Shown piece by piece: positions 16,868 to 24,728 of a stretch of DNA of 32,000 nucleotides (position 1 is its first letter; the number at the start of each line of letters is the position of its first letter). The stretch is taken from positions 300,001 through 332,000 of the forward strand of contig MGBH01000001.1 in assembly GCA_001790095.1 (NCBI GenBank). Reading direction: 5' to 3'. The notes below the pieces were generated by a model. The model saw only the letters and a program-made list of their open reading frames with translations, was not told the DNA's origin and did not search any database. This DNA is from Candidatus Saccharimonadota bacterium (GTDB lineage Bacteria; Patescibacteriota; Microgenomatia; UBA1406; GWC2-37-13). The translations under genes were made by a program, and so were the position numbers.

Positions 16868-18324
16868 AGTTTGAAAAGCGTAAATTGATTGTTTTCAAAC
16901 AAGACGAGATATTGTTTTTGTTGCTTCAAATCTTCTATTATTTCCTTTTTATCAGTCATGTAGAAAGAATATCCGTCTTCGCGTAGTTGCTCAACGGTTT
17001 TATAAAGCATAGGAGCTCCCTTGCGTGAAGCAAGATATAAAAGAGTTGTATCACCAAGTCTGTCTGTTATGATTTTGTCATCTTCTGAAGTAAATGTCAT
17101 AAGTATCTTTGCCATTTGGTTTAGATCCTGCGGATAGGTATAGAAATCCTTTACTTTATAATAATAGGAAAATGAAAAAGAAAAAAGGAGAGCACATATA
17201 ATCGTTGGATAGACTAGAAATGGAGTAAATATACGTTTTCCCTCTTGAATAAGCAGTGCAATCCCAATACCCGTAAACATAGCAAGAGGGGGGAGAAGAA
17301 CTGTTTGATAATATTCATGCTGGACATTGCCACCTTGAAATACGAAAAGATACATGAGACTGGACAAAAGGATAAAATGAAGGAAATATTTTTTTAATTT
17401 AGCAAGCATACCAAAAATAAAGAAGCCTGTTAGGAATCCGCCAAAGATCATGACGTTTAAGCGTTCGTAAAAAATCCAACGAAAAAAAGCAGGTTTCATA
17501 AAAATGTTTTTTTGTCCTTCAAATGTATTTACGCTTGAAATAAGCCAACCGCTTGATGGTATGCCTTCTGGAAACTTTTGGATATACAATCTCCATGCAA
17601 TAAGTGGGAGTAAAGAAAGAAAAAAATAAAAATAAATTTCAAATCTCTTCAATGATGAGAATCTATAGCGTGAAATGAAAAGATAAAAAAGTGTCAGTCC
17701 ATAAAAAATTACTGTTGGTTTTATAAGGATACTGATAGAAAAACAAACAAGTGAAACGATTAAAAAAGCAAGGGACAACAAACGCCTTTTTTGGAAGTAC
17801 CACCAATAGAGAAATAATATTGAAAGAAAAGAAAACGCAACTGCAGTGGTTTCGGGTAACACAACCCTTGAAAAGAAAATAAAGGCAGGCATAACAGCAT
17901 AGATCAAAGATCCAAAAAAAGCACTTGTTCTTGAGTGCTCACGTAATAATAAATAATAGATTATTGAGATTATTATCAAGGAAAAAAAGATAGTTGTAAT
18001 TCTTCCGTAAACTTCTATCGGTGTAAGGGGAGCGATTTTGTAAAGTATTGCAAACATTGCGTTATAAAGGGGTAATTCGACAAATCTCAGTCCCTTGGGG
18101 TTTTCAGATCCCGACTGAATACTTGAAAGGTCATCATAATGAGGTTCAAATATGTCAAATTTTTCTCTAACAAAATTGCGAGCAACCGCAGCGGTATCGG
18201 CTTGCCGCCATGAATGAAAGTCAGAAAGCGGAGCTCCTATTTTATATAGGCGTAAAACAAGAGCGATAAGTATAATACATCCCAAGATAAGAAGGTCTTT
18301 TTTTTGGACACTTTTTTTTCCCAT
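16864..18324 (-). CDS. GT-C fold (ArnT/PMT, GT39/83-like) polytopic membrane glycosyltransferase
   Basis: It has many predicted TM helices and an N-terminal loop FHSWRQADTAAVARNF typical of ArnT-like enzymes. The track start at 18381 is GTG. ATG 18324 (MGKKSVQKKDLLILG...) lies 1 nt after the upstream TGA stop. Confidence 0.7.
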   Translation of the reverse strand: MGKKSVQKKDLLILGCIILIALVLRLYKIGAPLSDFHSWRQADTAAVARNFVREKFDIFEPHYDDLSSIQSGSENPKGLRFVELPLYNAMFAILYKIAPLTPIEVYGRITTIFFSLIIISIIYYLLLREHSRTSAFFGSLIYAVMPAFIFFSRVVLPETTAVAFSFLSILFLYWWYFQKRRLLSLAFLIVSLVCFSISILIKPTVIFYGLTLFYLFISRYRFSSLKRFEIYFYFFLSLLPLIAWRLYIQKFPEGIPSSGWLISSVNTFEGQKNIFMKPAFFRWIFYERLNVMIFGGFLTGFFIFGMLAKLKKYFLHFILLSSLMYLFVFQGGNVQHEYYQTVLLPPLAMFTGIGIALLIQEGKRIFTPFLVYPTIICALLFSFSFSYYYKVKDFYTYPQDLNQMAKILMTFTSEDDKIITDRLGDTTLLYLASRKGAPMLYKTVEQLREDGYSFYMTDKKEIIEDLKQQKQYLVLFENNQFTLFKL

Positions 18325-18325
18325 A

Positions 18326-19879
18326 TCAAGTCTTACTCTCCTTCGAGCTCTTTTTAAGACATGCATATCCCATAAAGACACCTATGATCATCCAAAAATT
18401 ATATGCTATCTTGGACGCCTCAAAGACATCAATATAGGTAGCATTGATGAGTAAACCGAAGAGGGAGAAAAGAATTGCATAGAAAAAAATATTTTCCTCA
18501 TTTTTGTTTGTTCGTGCAGCGATCCATGCTTGTTTTGAAATGAGAAATAATATAGCGAGAAAGCTAAGCGTACCAAAAAGACCAAACTCGCCAAGCCACC
18601 TTAAGAAATCATTATCAGTTGCTTCAGTGATGGAAGAGGGACCGCGACCAAGGATGGGGTTTTTCAAAAAGGCACTAATGGCTCTTGGCCACTCAACCTG
18701 GAGCCGAGTAGAGAAAGATATATCAGGCAGCATGGTTGTAATAACCTTGAGATTTCGGAATGCTTGTTCAACAAGAGCATCTTCTTCCGCCTTAGAAAGA
18801 GTTTTCCCACTTCTCCTTGCCTCTGCTTTAATGTCTTCTCTAATCTGTTCGAGTGCTTCTTTAGCATCTTTTGTATTAAGATTTATGCTGGTGTTTTTTG
18901 TGCCATTAGTGTATATATCTGTGGCTTTTTTTTGGGTGAGGGTTTTGTTTGGAATATAATCACCAACAGGAAGTTCATCAGGATTTAATCTTCTAGGTAC
19001 AGTAGTTTGGCCTGTTTTTTTATCAATGAATATTTGTTTTTGTTGGAATGTTCGAGTAAGGCGACTGGTTAGATTGCCTGATGTTAGAGTGAGCCCAATC
19101 GTCAAAAGAACAACCACTAAAAACATTTTAAATTTTCGCATGGCTAAAAGGAATAAAAGCGTAGATACGACATAGGCTCCATAGGAAACGCGAGAAGCCG
19201 TCAAGACAAGTGAAAAAAGAGAAATAACAAAAACAAGGAAATACCACCACTTTGCTTTAAAATAAAAAAAGCTTGCGAGAAGAATGGGTATAAGAAAAAC
19301 AAGATATGCAGCTAAGTCATAATGTCCCCCAAAGGTTGAAGAGATACGTGCGTTGGCATCCAGTATGAGAATATACCCTTTAGCATATTCGGGATTCATG
19401 GTTTGCACTGCTGGCCAACCCAAGAATTTTTGTCCTATTCCATATGTGCCAACTATGAAAGCAGCAAGAATAATGAATCTCAAATAAAAAAAGAAATCTT
19501 TTTTCGACTGGATGGAGGACATAAAGATAAAAAACATGCTCATATACTCAATCCTGCGAAGTGAATGGAGAAGGCCTAGATGTCTGAAAATAATCGTTTT
19601 TTGAACAAGATAGCCCCATAAAAAAGAGCTAAAAACTGCAACCCAAAAGATGACAAAAGGAATAATAAATTTTTTCTGCAACTGAATTTTTTTCCTTGCA
19701 AGTTGTACTAAAAAAACCAAAGCAAGAGCAACAACATAAAAATCTTCAACACGGACCGCAATATAAGTATAATTAATCATCTTTACTGGCAGCTTGGGAT
19801 ATAGGGGTATGACAAAAATATATCCGATACACATCAGTTTGATGAGATTATTGTCGAGCCATTTTAAAAGCTTCTGCAT
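18326..19879 (-). CDS. Wzy_C / O-antigen ligase-polymerase-like membrane protein
   Basis: Polytopic membrane protein with the Wzy_C-type motif SLVLTASRVSYGAYVVS. A hydrophilic, charged loop of about 130 aa precedes PILGRGPSS. An alternative ATG at 19834 would remove the overlap with the GT2 gene. Confidence 0.7.
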   Translation of the reverse strand: MQKLLKWLDNNLIKLMCIGYIFVIPLYPKLPVKMINYTYIAVRVEDFYVVALALVFLVQLARKKIQLQKKFIIPFVIFWVAVFSSFLWGYLVQKTIIFRHLGLLHSLRRIEYMSMFFIFMSSIQSKKDFFFYLRFIILAAFIVGTYGIGQKFLGWPAVQTMNPEYAKGYILILDANARISSTFGGHYDLAAYLVFLIPILLASFFYFKAKWWYFLVFVISLFSLVLTASRVSYGAYVVSTLLFLLAMRKFKMFLVVVLLTIGLTLTSGNLTSRLTRTFQQKQIFIDKKTGQTTVPRRLNPDELPVGDYIPNKTLTQKKATDIYTNGTKNTSINLNTKDAKEALEQIREDIKAEARRSGKTLSKAEEDALVEQAFRNLKVITTMLPDISFSTRLQVEWPRAISAFLKNPILGRGPSSITEATDNDFLRWLGEFGLFGTLSFLAILFLISKQAWIAARTNKNEENIFFYAILFSLFGLLINATYIDVFEASKIAYNFWMIIGVFMGYACLKKSSKESKT

Positions 19880-20753
19880 ATGTTTTTTTGAGATAATTAC
19901 TATTTATAATATAACCTATAATAATGGATGCTACTGCTTTTAATTGTAACATAATTTTGAGGCAAAAGAGCGCGAAATGAGAATGGTGTTTTTTATAAAA
20001 ATAGATAAGACCCTTATAAACCTGAATGATAGGGTATGTCTTACCGCTGCTTGAAGCGCTTCCCAGATGAATAAAGCGTGCATGAGGATAAAAAAAGGTA
20101 TTTAATCCTGCTTTTTTTGCCCGATATAGCATATCTACCTCATCCATGTACATAAAGATATTTTCATCAAACCCATGTATTTTTTCATAATATTCTTTTT
20201 TTGTAAGCATGCAAGCACCCGAAACCCAATCTGTTTTTATGGTGTTTGTGGGAGAGGACCGTGTTAATCCCCAATAGTCACCCCTTAGGAATAGTGCTCC
20301 AAATACTACATTCAACGTATAAAAAGGAGCAGAAGATGCCTGTGGTGTCATGTCTTTATTGAGTAGTTTTGCACCAAGAAAATGCATGTGATTATTTTTT
20401 AAAAAATAGTTATACATGTTTTCGATTGCATCTTCAAGGACAAGGATATCCGAATTCAACAGGAGTATAGAACCTCCTTCTGCTATCTTAACTGCTTGAT
20501 TGTTTGCTTTGGCAAAACCGATGTTTTCGGAATTCTGAATGATATGAATATAAGGTTTGGTTTGAAATTTGAGTTTGAATTTCTGAATCTCCTCAATTGA
20601 TCCATCAGTTGACGCATTGTCAACAACGATTATCTCATAAGCAAGATCTGATCTATTGAGGGACTTGGTAATTGAGAGGAGACAATCAATGGTGGTATTT
20701 TTTGTGTTGTAGGATACAATAACAATCGATAAATCTACAGAATTTGTGGCCAT
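19848..20753 (-). CDS. GT2-family glycosyltransferase
   Basis: Motifs seen are LSIVIVSYNTKNTT, VVDNASTDGS and the DxD-like NSDILVLED. It is the first gene of the minus-strand operon. Confidence 0.85.
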   Translation of the reverse strand: MATNSVDLSIVIVSYNTKNTTIDCLLSITKSLNRSDLAYEIIVVDNASTDGSIEEIQKFKLKFQTKPYIHIIQNSENIGFAKANNQAVKIAEGGSILLLNSDILVLEDAIENMYNYFLKNNHMHFLGAKLLNKDMTPQASSAPFYTLNVVFGALFLRGDYWGLTRSSPTNTIKTDWVSGACMLTKKEYYEKIHGFDENIFMYMDEVDMLYRAKKAGLNTFFYPHARFIHLGSASSSGKTYPIIQVYKGLIYFYKKHHSHFALFCLKIMLQLKAVASIIIGYIINSNYLKKTYAEAFKMARQ

Positions 20754-20758
20754 ATAAT

Positions 20759-20770
20759 GTATAATTATAC
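20759..20770. promoter_or_regulatory. 12-bp perfect palindrome GTATAATTATAC giving a TATAAT on both strands
   Basis: It sits in the 30-bp gap between the GT2 ATG (20753) and the tRNA 5' end (20784). The plus-strand TATAAT is at 20760-20765. The minus-strand TATAAT is at 20769-20764, 10 nt from the GT2 ATG. No convincing -35 was seen on either strand. Confidence 0.3.
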
Positions 20771-20783
20771 AAAACTTAAGAAT

Positions 20784-20855
20784 GGCTGGGTAGCTCAGAG
20801 GTAGAGCACACGTTTCATAAGCGTTAGGTCGTGGGTCCGAATCCCGCCCCAGCCA
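20784..20855 (+). tRNA. tRNA with CAT anticodon (elongator Met or lysidine-dependent Ile2; not initiator)
   Basis: Manual cloverleaf: acceptor GGCTGGG/CCCAGCC, D arm GCTC-AGAGGTA-GAGC, anticodon loop TTCATAA, variable AGGTC, T arm GTGGG-TCCGAAT-CCCGC, discriminator A. No CCA is encoded. G1-C72 is paired and the anticodon stem lacks the 3 G-C pairs, which argues against an initiator. Confidence 0.85.
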
Positions 20856-20859
20856 CTAT

Positions 20860-21465
20860 ATGATTTCCGAAGAAAGAAAAAAAAGGTTTCAAGAAGTGAC
20901 CTCTCACCGCCTGCAGGATGTCATAGTTCTTGAAAACATCCATGACCCACACAACGCCCTTGCTGCTGTTCGTAACTGTGATGCCTTTGGTATTCAAACA
21001 GCTCACATAATCTTTGAGACAGAGAAGATTTTTAACCCAAAAGAGCTTGGAAAGGTGACATCATCCTCTGCTAACAAATGGGTTGACACTATTTGTTGGG
21101 AGAAAACTTCAGAATGCATAACAGCCCTAAAGAAACAAGGATTTCATATTATCTCAACAATACTTGATCCAAAAGCAAAACAACCCTCGAAGATAGATCT
21201 TAATGACAGCAAAAATGCGATTGTCTTTGGTAACGAAGGGTTTGGAATTTCAGAGACAGCCAAAATAATGGCCGATGAGCTTGTTTATATCCCAATGTGT
21301 GGTTTTGTAGATAGTATTAATTTATCAGTTACAGTTGGTATTATGTTATACGAATTAAGTCGTCAAAGAAAAGAAACAGATACATTCTATCTATCGCAAG
21401 AAGATCAAAACAGTCTTCTAAAAAAATGGATTGATGTGGAAATTAAAAAGAAACATAGATTATAA
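20860..21465 (+). CDS. SpoU/TrmH-family RNA 2'-O-methyltransferase
   Basis: 201 aa. The N-terminus ...RLQDVIVLENIHDPHNALAAVRNCDAFGI matches the TrmH motif 1 region. VFGNEGFGIS and the C-terminal SLNLSVTVGIMLYE fit the SPOUT knot motifs. The ATG begins 4 nt after the tRNA discriminator. Confidence 0.8.
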   Translation: MISEERKKRFQEVTSHRLQDVIVLENIHDPHNALAAVRNCDAFGIQTAHIIFETEKIFNPKELGKVTSSSANKWVDTICWEKTSECITALKKQGFHIISTILDPKAKQPSKIDLNDSKNAIVFGNEGFGISETAKIMADELVYIPMCGFVDSINLSVTVGIMLYELSRQRKETDTFYLSQEDQNSLLKKWIDVEIKKKHRL

Positions 21466-21475
21466 TAGAAAATAT

Positions 21476-22021
21476 ATGAAACCAAACGGTCCGGAAACAA
21501 CTCCTAATTGTTATTCAAGGCTAGTTGGGCCTATCGATGAAAAATCAGTTAAGGAGGTTCTCAAAGATATTGATGGAGCAAACAATAATGACCAAAAAAA
21601 ACTCATTATATTAACCCTTGCTTCAAGCGGAGGGCTATTATACTATGCGCAGGTATTGTACGATGCGATAAAGGCATCGAAAAAGCCCATCGTCTGTATT
21701 GTGTCAGGCTCTTGTATGTCTGCTTCATTGATGATACTGCAGGCTGCCTCAAAGCGGATCTCAAGACCCAATACCATATTTATGCTGCATCAAAGCACTT
21801 ACTGGACTGAACAACACACATATATGGATGAGATAAACGTGATGAATAAGGAATGGAATAGATTATATAAGCAGTTTGTTACTCAATCGATTAGCAGATC
21901 TACTATTACCCTTGAGGAATTTGAAAAAATTGCTAAACCAAGAAAATATTTCTCCGCAAAAGAAGCTTTAGATATGAAGTTTATTGACACAATCAGTGAT
22001 AAATGGATTGATAGTTACTAA
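21476..22021 (+). CDS. Divergent ClpP-family (S14-like) serine protease homolog
   Basis: LTLASSGGLLYYAQVLYDAIK parallels the ClpP INSPGG..aIYDtm region. SGSCMSASLMILQA parallels GQAASMG (Ser present). IFMLHQS parallels IMIHQP (His present). I could not place the third catalytic Asp. The track starts at 21431 (TTG) and 21434 overlap trmH, so ATG 21476 is preferred. Confidence 0.6.
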   Translation: MKPNGPETTPNCYSRLVGPIDEKSVKEVLKDIDGANNNDQKKLIILTLASSGGLLYYAQVLYDAIKASKKPIVCIVSGSCMSASLMILQAASKRISRPNTIFMLHQSTYWTEQHTYMDEINVMNKEWNRLYKQFVTQSISRSTITLEEFEKIAKPRKYFSAKEALDMKFIDTISDKWIDSY

Positions 22022-22034
22022 TTAAATAATTACT

Positions 22035-22586
22035 ATGAAAGATCTGACGATAGATGACGTTATGGTAAAGGTAAAAAATGATATTTTTGTCCAAGATTAC
22101 TCAAAAAAGCAAGTTATTGAAGGAGTGAAGGTCCTCGAGGTTAAACGTATGGTGGGGGAGGACGGAACGTTTGAAGATTTATTGCACGTAAAGGAAGATG
22201 GGTTTTTTGAACTGTTTCCCGAGATTAAAATCCGACAGATAAATAGATCAAAGCTGCTCCCCGGCTCCATAAAAGCATGGCATCTACATTTCAAACAAGA
22301 AGATATATGGTATATTCCACCCGAAGATCACATGATCTTGGGATTATGGGATACGCGCGAAGCATCAATCACCAAAGACATTACTATGAAAATCGTGATG
22401 GGAAATGGATCATCAAGGGTTGTGCTCGTACCACGTGGGGTAGCACATGGGGTGGTCAACCTTGCTAAAACCCCTGGTAATATATTTTATTTTGTCAATA
22501 ATCAATACAACCCCACCGATCCTGACGAGCGGCGTCTTCCTTGGGATAAACTGGGCGCTAGTTTCTGGGAAATAGAAAAAGGATAA
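22035..22586 (+). CDS. RmlC-like cupin (dTDP-4-dehydrorhamnose 3,5-epimerase family)
   Basis: 183 aa. IEGVKVLEVKRMVGEDGTFEDLL, IKAWHLHFKQEDIWYIP and LVPRGVAHGVVNL match the RmlC-fold pattern. Confidence 0.7.
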   Translation: MKDLTIDDVMVKVKNDIFVQDYSKKQVIEGVKVLEVKRMVGEDGTFEDLLHVKEDGFFELFPEIKIRQINRSKLLPGSIKAWHLHFKQEDIWYIPPEDHMILGLWDTREASITKDITMKIVMGNGSSRVVLVPRGVAHGVVNLAKTPGNIFYFVNNQYNPTDPDERRLPWDKLGASFWEIEKG

Positions 22587-23251
22587 GTAATCTGGTTGTA
22601 GATTGCACAGGGCTTTTTGTAATAAAAAGCCCACTCACGATCTCCATAAGAAAAATGCCACCACTCTCCGTCAAATGGGGCAAAACCTGCACCCATCATA
22701 ACTTTGCGCAATATCATTCGATCTCCTTTTTGCTTATTTGTTATTTCACCTGAAAAAACGTAGTATTTCAGTGTTGAGTAATCATAAATAGGCGATCCAA
22801 AATCAATCTGTTTTCCAGTTCTATTATCAATGATATACAGATCAACAGCTCCACCTGTTGGATGACCTGCAACTGATGGAACTGCAACAGATCTGTGCAC
22901 AGATTCATACAAATCTACTGGGTTTGCATAATATTTTTGGTTAACTATTGCAAGGCGTTTAAGAAATCTTAAGATTTGTATCTTGAGTGATCGATAACCG
23001 TATACTACATACAAAGAATAATTCTGATTAATTTTTAACAGTGTTCGCTGCGCTTTTAGTAGACGGTTATAAACGTCTTTTCTTACCAAAATATCGTTTC
23101 CTGTAACTCGTTTCATATCCTGCATTTCAGGCAGATAGCCATTTGGAATATTGACGATCTTTATAAGCGGCTCGTTACACTCTTTGGACGGGACGTTTAT
23201 TAACTGTGTATATTTCACCATTGTGTCCTCGAGCCGCTTTATTTTTCTCAT
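22502..23251 (-). CDS. VanX/DdpX-like D-Ala-D-Ala dipeptidase (peptidase M15D)
   Basis: VVYGYRS corresponds to the DdpX YDAYRP region. The zinc-site motif is SVAGHPTGGAVDLYI (H-x6-D) and EWWHFSYGD is present. The C-terminal ~28 aa are antisense to the RmlC-like gene and may be a non-conserved tail. Confidence 0.8.
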   Translation of the reverse strand: MRKIKRLEDTMVKYTQLINVPSKECNEPLIKIVNIPNGYLPEMQDMKRVTGNDILVRKDVYNRLLKAQRTLLKINQNYSLYVVYGYRSLKIQILRFLKRLAIVNQKYYANPVDLYESVHRSVAVPSVAGHPTGGAVDLYIIDNRTGKQIDFGSPIYDYSTLKYYVFSGEITNKQKGDRMILRKVMMGAGFAPFDGEWWHFSYGDREWAFYYKKPCAIYNQITYPFSISQKLAPSLSQGRRRSSGSVGLY

Positions 23252-23255
23252 AGTT

Positions 23256-24695
23256 TTACACTATTTTTTTAAAGAATATCCGCCTATCTCTTTCAAACTC
23301 TCCACTCGTTCTTTTTTGTCTTACTTCCTGTTGCATTTCGCGGTCTTGATCAGTAACCTGAATAAACCCAAGTTTTTTGTAAAGTCTTTGTGAGGCCGTA
23401 TTACTTTCTGAAGTACGCATAAGTACAGTTGTTCCTTTGGCAAAAGACTTTATGCGTTCTTTTACTAATACTTCAGCTATTGATTTTCTTCTCCATTCAC
23501 TAAGAACTCCAAGATCGGCCATATACTGTGTTGATTCAATGGGTATACCAAACTGTTTTGCAATTTCTGCAATCTCCTTTTTTTTCGAAAGAGGGACTGC
23601 AGCTCCAAATCCGATAAGGCCATTTTTATTTCTGGCAAAAAACAGTGTGCCGTCCTTTTGGTATTCGTTAAAATCCGTCGCCACTTCTTCGTAGGAAAAT
23701 ACTTCATCGTATGGAGGTCCTCCGAAGATAATATTGTATGCACTCAGGAGTTCTCCATTTTCCAGATATTGACCTAACTGTTGAGAGGTATATATTCTTT
23801 CAATAACGATAGGGCCATCATCAGTTTCAATTAATGTCCCCATATTTAATATTTCTACTAGTCCCTGTATTTGTGCATAATTGAACCGGGTTCCATCAAA
23901 GTTTATAGATACCTTAATAGTTTGCCCAGAAGGTTGAATAATAGGTTCCTCAATAATTGAATTTCCTGAATTTTTTGCAAGTACCATGCCGACGGCAGTT
24001 GTTCCGCTTCCACAAGCTGTTTCTAAAAATAGAGTATTACTATTTTTTACATAAACAACTGGAGTAATCTCTATTCCCTTTCGAGTTCGTTTAGCAAACA
24101 TTACGCCTGCAGCCGGTTCGGTATCAAGCCCATTTTTACGGATTATATCCATCCCAATTTTTTTTATTTCCTCTTCATCTTTGCCTTTAATTTGAGTTGT
24201 ATTCCAATCAACATACTGGGTTATGCCTTCCATATATACGAAGTTGTTTTCCGGATTTGAAGAGTCTATCTGTACTCTGTCAGGGTCAGAATAGATTGGC
24301 ATTTGAGCATATGATTCACCATCAGTGGTTACTCCTGCTATTAATGCGTCTTCTACTCCACCTGCTTTTATGCGTATTTGTCCTGGCATACCTTTGAGAG
24401 CAAGGTATGCGGCGCTTCTTGTGGCATTTCCGCAAAACTCACCTCCAGCCATCATAAGTTCCGTGCTGTTAGGCTTAAAGTCAACAAATCCCACCTGTTC
24501 TATTTGATTTGGAGATCCAGATGGATATAAAGACATTATTTCATCATTAATTTTTATTCGTTCAAACGGATCTTTTACGATACCCATTATTAATGACGTA
24601 TCATTACCGCCTGGGCGCATATTAATGAAGCGGTATTGGTTATTTGAACTCGCTAATTCTTTTGGTTTTAATTGTGGTTCCATAATTTTTTTCAT
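23256..24695 (-). CDS. Fusion protein: DapF/CntK-like PLP-independent two-cysteine amino-acid racemase/epimerase (N) + GNAT N-acetyltransferase (C)
   Basis: N-terminal ~300 aa: RPGGNDTSLIMG, EQVGFVDF, AGGEFCGNATRSAAYLA (first catalytic Cys context) and ETACGSGTTAVGMVLA (second Cys context). C-terminal ~170 aa: ADLGVLSEWRRKSIAEVLV (motif A-like) and ASQRLYKKLGFIQV (the classic GNAT ...lYek.GF ending). Confidence 0.6.
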   Translation of the reverse strand: MKKIMEPQLKPKELASSNNQYRFINMRPGGNDTSLIMGIVKDPFERIKINDEIMSLYPSGSPNQIEQVGFVDFKPNSTELMMAGGEFCGNATRSAAYLALKGMPGQIRIKAGGVEDALIAGVTTDGESYAQMPIYSDPDRVQIDSSNPENNFVYMEGITQYVDWNTTQIKGKDEEEIKKIGMDIIRKNGLDTEPAAGVMFAKRTRKGIEITPVVYVKNSNTLFLETACGSGTTAVGMVLAKNSGNSIIEEPIIQPSGQTIKVSINFDGTRFNYAQIQGLVEILNMGTLIETDDGPIVIERIYTSQQLGQYLENGELLSAYNIIFGGPPYDEVFSYEEVATDFNEYQKDGTLFFARNKNGLIGFGAAVPLSKKKEIAEIAKQFGIPIESTQYMADLGVLSEWRRKSIAEVLVKERIKSFAKGTTVLMRTSESNTASQRLYKKLGFIQVTDQDREMQQEVRQKRTSGEFERDRRIFFKKIV

Positions 24696-24728
24696 AGAAT
24701 TACTAAATACTAAAATCAGGCAGGATAT

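Noticed and set aside
18504-18959. A 151-aa ORF on the plus strand, plus the 18664-18867 and 18764-18988 ORFs.
   Set aside because: They lie entirely antisense or nested within the well-supported Wzy_C-like membrane protein gene. They have low-complexity composition and no recognisable motifs. They are typical shadow ORFs.
20784-20855. Initiator tRNA-fMet identity for the CAT-anticodon tRNA.
   Set aside because: Positions 1 and 72 form a G-C pair rather than a mismatch. The anticodon stem lacks the three consecutive G-C pairs characteristic of bacterial initiators. Elongator Met versus Ile2 cannot be resolved by eye.
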